Notes: generated from the letters alone by a model not told the origin. Shown: positions 27,601 to 36,091, counted from the stretch's first letter. The stretch is DNA of 64,000 nucleotides from Candidatus Cloacimonadota bacterium (GCA_035353255.1 DAOPZE010000001.1:3309-67308); one strand, 5' to 3'. Numbers and translations: made by a program.

Positions 27601-27839
27601 TCTTTCCTAACCCGATTACAGGCAGTTCTGCAAGGATCAGGACATATCTGGCCGGATCAGGGAATTACCACATTTATGACATTTCTGGCACGAAAGTAGC
27701 TTCAGGTGAGATAGCCTCAAGCGCGTTCGGCGTTCGAGATATACAGCTGAATAACTTGAACCTGTCTTCCGGAGTATATATTTTGGTTCTGAATATAGAC
27801 AGTTATCACAAGACTCTCAAATTTGCAGTCGAAAAATGA
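24651..27839 (+). CDS. M6 (immune inhibitor A-like) zinc metalloprotease with T9SS C-terminal sorting domain
   Basis: Signal peptide MRRITIVLAFSMLLISSMLSA, M6-type block LLVLLVDF, zinc site LAHEFGHSLGLVDLY, and a C-terminal ~80 aa (27593..27836) matching the T9SS CTD pattern YIFPNP...YDISGTKV...LSSGVYILVL...K. Confidence 0.8.
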   Translation: MRRITIVLAFSMLLISSMLSAKTMSLKKYVVPNHIKQHPYISLLSANSASPSTHTDTKDPRYSKLLVLLVDFTEETPDDPLTTGNGKFQLEPDINYLYSIASPPHNRQYYQANMEALRYYYKAVSNGSYSLEYDVYPTNQQAYTLPHPMGYYNPPGASSELFVSRMEEYFKTAIELADQTDPNINFSQYGHFMIIHAGSDWQHDINADSPSDLPSFYIRVTPGKEAVVDNGSVRIYNACNVPSTISQDFSEQNSDGTIYRSGYGALNSVLAHEFGHSLGLVDLYNTRTYQPMVGVFDIMDSGGSGVMVDGPLQDGSYVMVEGILPALPGAFSRVLLFGDYYKEQGLLKEAQFVSQSDSLRLCATSKRQTGNTFIPHTLKIPLSDTEYVLLENRSVDPDGDGATAVFSDLDGRVILYPTAAGDPTNTPTYEYDYLLPSFLRADGSSVGGGILAWHVNEDIIYNEGVTYSGGEWVSNFDNNTVNNALSHRGVRVIEADGLDDIGNEYSWYWAGTQYEYFHKTKPTLGNNGEFINWSLDPWRPRLSSSTTPSLTDDGGHGSLYWIDKISNPQAVMNLWINSGFFDKSQAIAFGDTNFITTKPINSSFLNEDNIPVLLPGKIALLSQHITASDTTWVNNLGLFDMAGSLPVLRTITSDQNGNGFRELVIAQNDTLSLLEFANDTLDQQMISLPESISSPPLAKSYIYEFTKDSNSILFAPTPNALYTIDGTSVANIATELPGVTNIAACNSGIVTVRPNYFDLMLLFPTGETYSIPNETFGNYEPVFYKSTDSDNSNLFLMSNTGNIYTWNGREGRQKIFTNTTGTLPTQMGLSLLGNQSPVLFFGLGSKLYVVRTDGSFMSGYPVSIYPDIAQPAMEVRSLLLHDETYFYLPIEGRGHLAINSQAQISPQYSLFRNSASKQDYLWWQDSTNTLYWYYPDENGNLIINSLDDQQGNPILWSGFRNGASGEFVSVFSDDSPVLEKSAYIFPNPITGSSARIRTYLAGSGNYHIYDISGTKVASGEIASSAFGVRDIQLNNLNLSSGVYILVLNIDSYHKTLKFAVEK
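27686..27701 (+). promoter_or_regulatory. Weaker sigma-54-like -24/-12 element inside the protease 3' end
   Basis: TGGCACGaaagTAGCT has a perfect -24 half and correct spacing, but the -12 half is TAGCT instead of TTGCW. It lies 155 nt upstream of ATG 27856. Confidence 0.25.
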
Positions 27840-27855
27840 CTTAAGTGAGGATATC

Positions 27856-28851
27856 ATGAAAGCACGTCTGATACTATTTCTGATCCTATGTTTATCAGGA
27901 TTGGCACTTACCGCTGAAACCGTGAATAATGCCAATATTGACGATATGATCTTTGGCGTTCCTGTAGCTGGAGATACTCTTGTTTCTCCGGCTCAGAATG
28001 ATCTGAGGAACGATATCATCACCGTTAATTACCAAAAGAAGAATGCCAAGCTGGCGATGCTGTATTCTGCATTGCTTCCTGGTCTAGGTCAGTTCTACGC
28101 TGATAAAAGCGCGTTTCGCACCTACATCTACCCGGTAGTGGAACTTGCTCTTATCGGGGGAATAGTTTATTTTGACGCCAAAGGCGACGATAAGACCAAA
28201 GCCTACGAAAAGTATGCCAATGGTGAGAATATCACGGTCACATACGGAGATTTCACTTACACCGGACCAAGATATCGCCGTGACTTCCAGAACAACGTTC
28301 AGGCGATCGTCATGGCGCATAATGCCAATGACATCTATGACAGCACTTTCTTCCGGCTTGATGCTGCCAACAGCCAGCATTTTTACGAGGATATAGGGAA
28401 GTATGACAAGTATGTGTTTGGCTGGGCTGATTGGTATTACACCTTCGCCGCCGATCCAAGCGGCCAGTTTGTGTTGGATAATCCTGACTTTAGCGATGCG
28501 ATCGTGATGAGTTCTGATGACTACACGGCACAGTGGCTCGGCAATTACAAGATAGCTGACATTATTAATCATAACAATGTGAACTATGTATCCAGCAATT
28601 CTCTGAGTTCCTCTTTGCTGAGAAAAGAGTATATCAAAATGCGCCGCGCGTCCGAAGATGAATACCGTACCGCACATTATCTTTCCTTTGGCCTTGCCGC
28701 AAACCATATCATCAGCGCGATAGATGCCCTGGTCATGACCAATCAGGTCAATAGTAAAGCCATAACTCAAAGTCCCTTCAAGATGAATTATTACACCAGT
28801 ATCCGTGATAATCACCTTACTCCCAGTCTTGGGCTCAGCTATAGTTTCTGA
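27856..28851 (+). CDS. Secreted/membrane PGxGQ-motif protein, paralogue 1 (DUF5683-like)
   Basis: Signal peptide, SALLPGLGQFYADKS motif followed by a hydrophobic helix, a second helix ANHIISAIDALV, and a C-terminal LGLSYSF. Start moved to ATG 27856 (GTGAGGA RBS). Confidence 0.6.
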   Translation: MKARLILFLILCLSGLALTAETVNNANIDDMIFGVPVAGDTLVSPAQNDLRNDIITVNYQKKNAKLAMLYSALLPGLGQFYADKSAFRTYIYPVVELALIGGIVYFDAKGDDKTKAYEKYANGENITVTYGDFTYTGPRYRRDFQNNVQAIVMAHNANDIYDSTFFRLDAANSQHFYEDIGKYDKYVFGWADWYYTFAADPSGQFVLDNPDFSDAIVMSSDDYTAQWLGNYKIADIINHNNVNYVSSNSLSSSLLRKEYIKMRRASEDEYRTAHYLSFGLAANHIISAIDALVMTNQVNSKAITQSPFKMNYYTSIRDNHLTPSLGLSYSF

Positions 28852-28867
28852 TTAACTAAGGTTTTAA

Positions 28868-29521
28868 ATGCGCCGTTTACCTCTGTTCCTCTGTTTGATG
28901 TTTGCTCTTATGGCATCAATTCCCCTGATGGCGTTACCGAAGATAGCCTGTATTGGCATGTCCGCGATAGTTCCCGGTAGCGGAGAACTTGCCTTGGGTA
29001 AATACAAGACCGGAACAGTCATGTTGACGGCGGATCTTCTGGCTTTGACTGCGTACACCAGCCTGGGGAAGGATATTATCAATTATCGTGACTCATATAA
29101 GATGTATGCCGAAACCTACGCTGGTGCCGCTACTGACCAACCCGACGATTATTATCTGGATCTCCAATCGTATCTCAGCAGTGATGAATACAACAACTAT
29201 CAGGAAATGATCGCAAGAAACTACTTCCTGATCTATGGATACGATCCCGCCGGGTTTGCCGCTTACTTATCAACACATACCTATTCGGATGATATTGACT
29301 GGCAATGGCAGACGGAAGAGTTCTGGAAAGAATATAAGAAGATACGGGTTCAGTATCAGAATGCCAGATTGAACCGTAACCTCGCTCTCGGTGCAATTCT
29401 TCTCAACCGGCTCATCAGTATGATCGACGTGGCTTTTACGAAACCAGGTCCCAAAACCGGTGAATTCTACGTCTCCCCTATCTCCAACGGCCTAATGCTC
29501 AACTATCGCCATAACTTTTAA
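28868..29521 (+). CDS. Secreted/membrane PGxGE-motif protein, paralogue 2
   Basis: Same architecture: SAIVPGSGELALGKYKTG, helix, Tyr/Asp-rich middle, LNRLISMIDVAF, and C-terminal LNYRHNF. Confidence 0.6.
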   Translation: MRRLPLFLCLMFALMASIPLMALPKIACIGMSAIVPGSGELALGKYKTGTVMLTADLLALTAYTSLGKDIINYRDSYKMYAETYAGAATDQPDDYYLDLQSYLSSDEYNNYQEMIARNYFLIYGYDPAGFAAYLSTHTYSDDIDWQWQTEEFWKEYKKIRVQYQNARLNRNLALGAILLNRLISMIDVAFTKPGPKTGEFYVSPISNGLMLNYRHNF

Positions 29522-29523
29522 GC

Positions 29524-30180
29524 ATGGAGTCCTCTTTGAAACGCATCATTCTACTTATGCTAATACTATTAATCGTGGTTTCGGCTTTCTCACAAACATC
29601 GAAAGTTCCCTTTCTGAAATCCATAGTCGTACCGGGATGGGGGCAGTTATCTTCAGGAAGGGATTATGGCTACGCCATGCTTGCGGGTGAAGTTGCGATC
29701 ATCGGTTCTATGTTGTATCTGGGCACAGAACAGAAACTCAGCAAACAAGAGGCTTATGAATATGCCATGGAATTCGCTCATATCCGTCCCGGTGATTATG
29801 AAGACACTTATCTCGGTCACTTAAGTCATTACGATAGTAGTGGATATGGCGGCGGTGGATACAATGCCCATATTCGGGAACTAGCCATCGAAAACTATCC
29901 AAACGACCCAATAATGCAACAGCAGTACATTGATAACAACATCTATTCCGATGAGATGGCATGGAACTGGGATAGTTCCGGCGACCGAGGTACCTACAGT
30001 AAAATGAGGATACATACCCAGGATCTGAAGGACTTCTCCAAGATCGCGGTTGGAGTTATGATCCTCAATCACTTGGTAAGCGGTATCGACGCCCTCAGAT
30101 TCGGTAAAGACAACAACTCCGGTCTCTCCATCCAGATGCGAGGCGATCGACCGGTGGTCAGTCTCGACATTTCATTTTGA
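29524..30180 (+). CDS. Secreted/membrane PGxGQ-motif protein, paralogue 3
   Basis: Same architecture: SIVVPGWGQLSSGRDYG, helix, Tyr/Gly/Asp-rich middle, LNHLVSGIDALRF, and C-terminal VSLDISF. Only 2 nt separate it from paralogue 2. Confidence 0.6.
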   Translation: MESSLKRIILLMLILLIVVSAFSQTSKVPFLKSIVVPGWGQLSSGRDYGYAMLAGEVAIIGSMLYLGTEQKLSKQEAYEYAMEFAHIRPGDYEDTYLGHLSHYDSSGYGGGGYNAHIRELAIENYPNDPIMQQQYIDNNIYSDEMAWNWDSSGDRGTYSKMRIHTQDLKDFSKIAVGVMILNHLVSGIDALRFGKDNNSGLSIQMRGDRPVVSLDISF

Positions 30181-30214
30181 GGTTTTACCGTCGATAATCT
30201 GTCTGAACTCATTT

Positions 30215-30247
30215 AAAAGGCAAGCGATTAGAATCGCTTGCCTTTTA
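30215..30247 (+). terminator. Rho-independent terminator closing the PorV-protease-paralogue cluster
   Basis: 11-bp stem GGCAAGCGATT (30219-30229) / AATCGCTTGCC (30232-30242), 2-nt loop, then TTTT. The 5' flank is A-rich. Confidence 0.9.
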
Positions 30248-30283
30248 TCTTTCCGCTTCTTTTCCGATCCAGTACCCTGACCT

Positions 30284-30331
30284 TATCCTTACCATACGCC
30301 TCCCGTATGGTGACCGTATGATATCCGTATG
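30284..30331 (+). repeat. 11-bp-phased CCGTAYG array, copy R3
   Basis: Sequence TATCCTTA-CCATACG-cctc-CCGTATG-gtga-CCGTATG-atat-CCGTATG. Cores start at 30292 (degenerate), 30303, 30314 and 30325. Confidence 0.9.
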
Positions 30332-30625
30332 AGCGTTTGTTCACTATTCAGGTATCATTCATAGAGCTAATTGTCATCTTAAGCGATGGTCATAGGCGGT
30401 AGATATGAGATCGAGTTGTTCACAGTAAAGAATAATGAACGATTCAGACAGATATCCGCATGATGGAGACATCAGCTGAAACATCATTAGGAAAGCAACT
30501 TGAATCGACCGGGAATATCAACTTAATGTCATGTGTACAAGCATATTAACGCATCTAAAGATTGGGGTTGACAAATCTCACCACAGGCAGAGACTTGTTT
30601 TCCTAGTATGATATGGAGCTGAGTC

Positions 30626-33600
30626 ATGTATATAGATCATAGATATGAGGTTCTGGAGAGCCTTGGTACCGGTTCTTGGGCAAACGTTTACAAGGTACGG
30701 GATACTCGTACTGATAAGCTTTATACCTTAAAACTCTTCCAATACCTGCCATCCGAAGAGCTATATGCCAGATTCAGCGCCGAAGAAATGCACCATATTA
30801 CCAAGATCGAGCATCCCAACCTCAGCCATGTCGTGGATTTCGGACATGTCGGCGATCATGTTTACTACATCAGTGATTACTTCGAAGGTAATACCCTGAA
30901 TACATTCAAGTTCGGTAGAACCAAGGTGGATCAGCTCTATGACATCATTGTGCAGATCGCGTACGCCTTGCATGCCTTGCATGAACAGAATATCCTCCAC
31001 AAAGACCTTAAGTTGGAAAACGTCCTCTATCACGTGGAAGGAAAGGATGTTCGAGTCAAGCTTATCGATTATGGTTTTACCAAGATAGACCCGGTCAAGG
31101 ATAAAAAGTACGTCTCAGGGACTCTCCCTTATATCGCGCCGGAGATATATACAGGCAAAGCTCCCGATCGAAGGAGCGATTTCTACTCCTTAGGCGTTAT
31201 CTTATATAGAATATGCACAGGGAGTTTCCCTTACAATATCGACCAGATCAATGCCCTTATCACTGGAAACCAACGCTATTTCATTCCGACCTTCCCGTCA
31301 GAATTGAATAAAGACATCCCTCTCCCCCTGGAGAAATTCATCCTGATCCTTCTGGAACGCAACCCGGATAACCGGTTCAATTCCTGCGAAGAGATCATCA
31401 GCTATATCAACCGCATCCACTACAAGGAATACTCCTTCTCCGAATCATGGTCGATGGTCAACACTCTTAGGTTTAACAGCTATATAGTAAGAGAAAAGTA
31501 CTCGCATCAACTCCTGGATTTTATTCCGGCGGTCGGGGCAAGAAATGGCAAGATCATCTCTCTGATCGGTGGTGATGGGCTAGGTAAAGACAGCATTCTC
31601 TCGCTGTTTCGTTACCATTTGCTGAGCGGTGAGTATTTCCTCTTTGACTATAGCTGTACAAAGACTGATCATGAAGCTTTCTTCGCGTTGATCAAGGAAT
31701 ACCTGCATTCATTGAACGATCAGGAACTCAAGAACGACACTGCCTTAAACAAGATATCAGAGAAATTCAAGAGCTATCTCTTTGCTTCTGAGAAAGATGC
31801 CAAAGGTATATCCCAATCCGTGGAGGAGCTGCAAATTGACTTTCAGGCGGTCAGGTCGCTGCTGCTGGAACTATCTGAACGCAAACCGATCATCTTTATA
31901 ATCCGAGACTTCCAGTATGTCCACCATCATACTGTGGATTTTCTCAATTTCCTCTCCGGATTCCTGGTTCAATCAAGGATAATGGTCGTCCTTAGCTGCA
32001 ACGATTTCAATAAGGTCAAGCAGATCGATCATACAATACTGGTAAACATCCCTCCGCTCTCATTCGAAGAAACCAGGCAGTATATCAGTAAACTGCTGAA
32101 TACAGAGCCAAATCAGGGCTTGTTGGATGCCATCGCCTACCGGAGCGCCGGTAATCCGCATTTTATCAGAGAAATGCTGGTAGATATGATCATCCGCAAG
32201 ACGATAGAATATTCAGATGGACTGAAGCTCCCTGATGATCTAAACGATTATGTTTTGCCGGCAAGACTGCTGCACTCGATCTTCTCGCGCATGAGCAGGT
32301 TGACCAGCGCCAATTATCAATATCTGCAAAAACTATCGGTTGTTCAGACAACACTGACCAGGGAACTCATTCTCAGTATTCTGGGGATCACTGATATAGA
32401 GCTCTACAGTCTCCTCAATGAGAGTACCTATAATGAGATGCTACAGAAGGAGGATAAGCACTATAGTTTCTCCTTCCCAGAGGCAAAGGCAAGACTTTGG
32501 GATGAGACTGACCCTGATGAACGGATCAGGATTTCACAGAAGGTTCTTGATTTCTATGATTCAAAAGTTATCCACGATATCCCGCTGTGCAAAGGTATCA
32601 TCAGCAATGCGGAGATAACAGGAGATACCAGAAGAACGCGGGATTACCTCTTGAAACTCTACTATCTCCTCGATGCCGAACACGAGCAGGAACAGGCTTA
32701 CGATACAATGCTCAGGATCCTGGAGCTGGACGCTGACGCCAAAGTCAAAGTTGGCTACCAGGAATTCATCCATGACCTTTCCGCTTTTCACTCCAAGACA
32801 GAAATGACCGGATTCTATAAACAGGCTTCCCGTTTGTTGAAGAAGATGAACAAAATACCGGAAGTGTTTGAGAAGTACCTCTTGCTTGGCACGATAGATC
32901 TGCTTTCAGAGAATCTGAAGGAAGCTCTGAAACACTATGGTATAGCCGAGAACCTTGCGCTGACCGGTAAGCAGAAGATCCTCTGTTGGCAGTATTTCAC
33001 CCAGATATACACACGTATCGATCCAAGGAAGATGAAGCACTATCTGGATAAGATCGCGGCTTATGATCTTCCTCAGGATATGCAGATCCTCTACATCGAC
33101 CGGCTCGCAGTGTACTACTCCATCATGAAAGACACCGATAAAGCGATAAAAACCATTGAGACTTTCTTTGCTCAACTACCTCCTGAGCATGACACAGCAG
33201 TGATGATCAGACTAGCCGCAATGCACAACGATCTGGGTGTGTTCTACGGAGATCTGAAGAACATCGAAGAGGCAAATCAACATCTCAATATGGCCCTGAA
33301 TATCTGGAACCGATATAATATCAAGAGATTCCTTGCTTTGATATATAACAACATCTCAGACCTGTATCTTAAGCAGGGTTTTACCATCCAGTCAGAACAC
33401 TATTCCGATCTTGCATACGCCTCCGCGGATGAGCTGAACCTGCCTCTGATGAAAGCTCTTGCGTTATTGAATCAGGGCGAAGCCAAGATCAAGATGGGGA
33501 AATTCCTCGAAGCAGAAAGTAAATTGCTCGAATCTCAAGAATTGATCGAGAGAATCGGAAACACAAAGTATCTTGATTCGATAAAGCGGAACCTTGCTCT

Positions 33601-36088
33601 GGCAAAAAGCAAGATCAGAGGCTTTGGCTATTACTTTAAATTCCTCCAGGAAAGCGAACCAGAACTCATCGACGGGTATGTCCGCGAGATCAATCCTTTG
33701 GTGAAGACTTATTTCTACTATCTGCATGAGATGTCCAATCCCAAAAAACTTAGGAAATTGATCAGGAAGAATGTTCAGATCAATTACAAACACATCCTCG
33801 AGGAAGAGTTTTATCACAATGTTCTAAGTCTTTTGGCAATAACCGAAAAAGACTACGCGACTGCCCTCAATGAGCTCAAGATGGCGACAAAATTCGCCGG
33901 AGATATAAACAGTAATTATGCTATGGCAGTGTTCTATTTCTATCAGATCATCTGTTATTACGGACTTCGAGAGTATAAGAAAGCAGCTGAGTTGATCGAA
34001 AACGCCAAGCCTTTAGTGGTTGATAATCAGTACAATTATTGGCACCGTAATATCCAGATCATGGAGTTGAAACTGGATATGGTTAATCCTGAAGTGCCTC
34101 TGCGTAACATACTTCGCAGAACCAACGATCTGATGCTTTTATGCAGAGAAGAAGAATATTATCAGCTTATCGTTGAGCTTTATCAGATAAGGGTTCAGCT
34201 CCTTCTGGAACTGAGCGCGACTGAAAAAGCTTCTGCTTGTTTTGAGGAATACAAGCGTTTCCTCGAAGAGATCACGCTGAGTATAGCCGAAGATGACAGG
34301 CAAAATTATCTTCTGGTTAACCAATACGCGCTGAAGAGCATCACGAAGTTTGATCTTGTCGAATTCGTTTCACGCAGAAAGGACCAGAGAAACAGCTGGA
34401 ATGAGCTTCTGGTCAATATAGCTAATATCAACACATTGGACAGGATAATCTTCCTGATCGAAAAGGGCATAACTCAGGTTCTTTCACCCTGGCAGTTCAG
34501 ACTCATGGAGTATTCAGACCGTATAGGCAGCTTTTATACTTTTCAGAGTTACAACTGCGATAAGGATGTCAATATCGCCCCGGAACTACACCCTTACATC
34601 GAGAAGTCCATCAAAGCGGATAACTTGACCACGCTCTTCTTCCAGAACCAGAACATCATGGTAATCCCTCTGCTTACGGGAACCAAACGTATTGGAGTTC
34701 TGCTGTTAGCTGATGATGGGGAGCTTGAGTTTACCAAACACGAGATATCGATCATGCGCAGCATCAAACAACATCTGACTGCTCTCCTCGTCAGGATAAG
34801 AGACTATACTCAGATCACGATGAGGATCGATAAGATGAACCAACTGATGAGTATCTCCCACGAGTTGATGCGAGTCACGGATACTGTCGAACTTGAACAT
34901 CAGATCGTTTCAGCATTTATTGATATAACGAATAGCAGCAGAGGATTCCTGATCAAGAGAGATGCGGAAGGTAACAACCTCTATCAGATCCAGCTTGATC
35001 GCTCCAAACAGATACTCTCTTCAATATCTGGCATCAGTAAGACAGCATTGAGCGTGTGCCAGGCAACTATGGAGCCGGTCTCGACCTTTAACGCGATAGA
35101 AGATAACCGGTTCAAGAACTCTATCAGTGTTCAGGACTATGAAATACACACGATATTCTGCACACCGATCGTAGTTGATAATGTCAGCTATGGTATCATA
35201 TATCTCGATAACCTCCTGGAAAACAACAGGGAAATGTACCTCAATCAAGAGATCCTGACTCTTTTGATCGAACAGGTGACCGTAGCATTCAAGAACGCCG
35301 CACAATACGCTGCAGTGTTGCAAAAAAGCTCTGAGATCAATGCGTTTGAACAACTCAAAGATGAGTTTATGGCAATCGTTGCTCATGAGCTCAATACGCC
35401 TCTTACAACTCTGCAAGGCTATGTTTCAAGACTCAAGAGAAATCTGTATGTGGACGAGGAAGAACGAGTAGAGATCGTGCAGAAGATAGAAACATCGGTT
35501 AAAAAGTTAATTCTGACTATCGGTGATATAACTACCATGAATAACTATAATATCAAGACTTCGCTGACAAAATCCATCGTGCCTATAGAAGAGATCATTG
35601 AATTGGTTCAGCAGGAAGTCGAGATACTCTCACGCAAACGCAAGATGTTCATCAAGCTAGAGATCGAAAAAGACCTGCCACAGCTTTACGCGAACTGGGA
35701 AGCCTTGCATCTGATGCTCTATAATATCGTGCTAAACGCGATCAGATTTACTAATGACTTCGGAACGATCATTATTGGCGCCAGAAGATCAGCTTTCCAG
35801 CAAGAGAAACTCGATGGTAAGGACGCAATGGTCATTTATGTTCAGGATAACGGTATCGGTATCCCAGAATACCAGATCAAGAATGTCTTCAGGAAGTTCT
35901 ATGAACTCAATGAGATCTATGCGCATAAGTCCGGTATGGTGGAATATCGATCCAGCGGCTTGGGGCTTGGACTCGCCACATCCAGAAGGATTGCGGAACT
36001 TCATGGCGGTAACATCTGGATCAAGAGTAGAGAAAACGAAGGAACGACTGTCTTCATGACTATTCCTTTCAAGTCCGGAGGCAATTGA
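30626..36088 (+). CDS. 1820-aa multidomain sensor: Ser/Thr protein kinase, AAA_16/STAND-like NTPase, TPR-like repeats, GAF region, HisKA and HATPase_c histidine kinase
   Basis: Kinase: G-loop LGTGSWANVY, Lys in YTLKL, catalytic loop HKDLKLEN (H125), DYG, and GTLPYIAPE. NTPase: GGDGLGKDS (from aa 315) and IIFIIRDFQYV. Middle ~500 aa is helical repeats. H-box FMAIVAHELNTPLTTLQGY (His about aa 1587, nt 35384). ATP lid: DNGIGIP...FRKFYE...SGLGLGLATSRRIAELHGG. No TM segment seen. Confidence 0.85.
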   Translation: MYIDHRYEVLESLGTGSWANVYKVRDTRTDKLYTLKLFQYLPSEELYARFSAEEMHHITKIEHPNLSHVVDFGHVGDHVYYISDYFEGNTLNTFKFGRTKVDQLYDIIVQIAYALHALHEQNILHKDLKLENVLYHVEGKDVRVKLIDYGFTKIDPVKDKKYVSGTLPYIAPEIYTGKAPDRRSDFYSLGVILYRICTGSFPYNIDQINALITGNQRYFIPTFPSELNKDIPLPLEKFILILLERNPDNRFNSCEEIISYINRIHYKEYSFSESWSMVNTLRFNSYIVREKYSHQLLDFIPAVGARNGKIISLIGGDGLGKDSILSLFRYHLLSGEYFLFDYSCTKTDHEAFFALIKEYLHSLNDQELKNDTALNKISEKFKSYLFASEKDAKGISQSVEELQIDFQAVRSLLLELSERKPIIFIIRDFQYVHHHTVDFLNFLSGFLVQSRIMVVLSCNDFNKVKQIDHTILVNIPPLSFEETRQYISKLLNTEPNQGLLDAIAYRSAGNPHFIREMLVDMIIRKTIEYSDGLKLPDDLNDYVLPARLLHSIFSRMSRLTSANYQYLQKLSVVQTTLTRELILSILGITDIELYSLLNESTYNEMLQKEDKHYSFSFPEAKARLWDETDPDERIRISQKVLDFYDSKVIHDIPLCKGIISNAEITGDTRRTRDYLLKLYYLLDAEHEQEQAYDTMLRILELDADAKVKVGYQEFIHDLSAFHSKTEMTGFYKQASRLLKKMNKIPEVFEKYLLLGTIDLLSENLKEALKHYGIAENLALTGKQKILCWQYFTQIYTRIDPRKMKHYLDKIAAYDLPQDMQILYIDRLAVYYSIMKDTDKAIKTIETFFAQLPPEHDTAVMIRLAAMHNDLGVFYGDLKNIEEANQHLNMALNIWNRYNIKRFLALIYNNISDLYLKQGFTIQSEHYSDLAYASADELNLPLMKALALLNQGEAKIKMGKFLEAESKLLESQELIERIGNTKYLDSIKRNLALAKSKIRGFGYYFKFLQESEPELIDGYVREINPLVKTYFYYLHEMSNPKKLRKLIRKNVQINYKHILEEEFYHNVLSLLAITEKDYATALNELKMATKFAGDINSNYAMAVFYFYQIICYYGLREYKKAAELIENAKPLVVDNQYNYWHRNIQIMELKLDMVNPEVPLRNILRRTNDLMLLCREEEYYQLIVELYQIRVQLLLELSATEKASACFEEYKRFLEEITLSIAEDDRQNYLLVNQYALKSITKFDLVEFVSRRKDQRNSWNELLVNIANINTLDRIIFLIEKGITQVLSPWQFRLMEYSDRIGSFYTFQSYNCDKDVNIAPELHPYIEKSIKADNLTTLFFQNQNIMVIPLLTGTKRIGVLLLADDGELEFTKHEISIMRSIKQHLTALLVRIRDYTQITMRIDKMNQLMSISHELMRVTDTVELEHQIVSAFIDITNSSRGFLIKRDAEGNNLYQIQLDRSKQILSSISGISKTALSVCQATMEPVSTFNAIEDNRFKNSISVQDYEIHTIFCTPIVVDNVSYGIIYLDNLLENNREMYLNQEILTLLIEQVTVAFKNAAQYAAVLQKSSEINAFEQLKDEFMAIVAHELNTPLTTLQGYVSRLKRNLYVDEEERVEIVQKIETSVKKLILTIGDITTMNNYNIKTSLTKSIVPIEEIIELVQQEVEILSRKRKMFIKLEIEKDLPQLYANWEALHLMLYNIVLNAIRFTNDFGTIIIGARRSAFQQEKLDGKDAMVIYVQDNGIGIPEYQIKNVFRKFYELNEIYAHKSGMVEYRSSGLGLGLATSRRIAELHGGNIWIKSRENEGTTVFMTIPFKSGGN

Positions 36089-36091
36089 TTC

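Noticed and set aside
28084-28815. Long antisense ORFs. These are the 243-aa ORF here, plus 9646..10209, 19000..19554, 43965..44405, 40912..41349 and 18289..18780.
   Set aside because: Each lies entirely opposite a gene with strong family motifs, has no RBS and has odd composition. They are typical shadow ORFs.
23256-30247. The idea that the T9SS-type cluster is a tRNA-Leu-integrated genomic island.
   Set aside because: There is no integrase, no direct repeat of the tRNA 3' end at the far boundary (30181-30625), and no obvious compositional break by eye.
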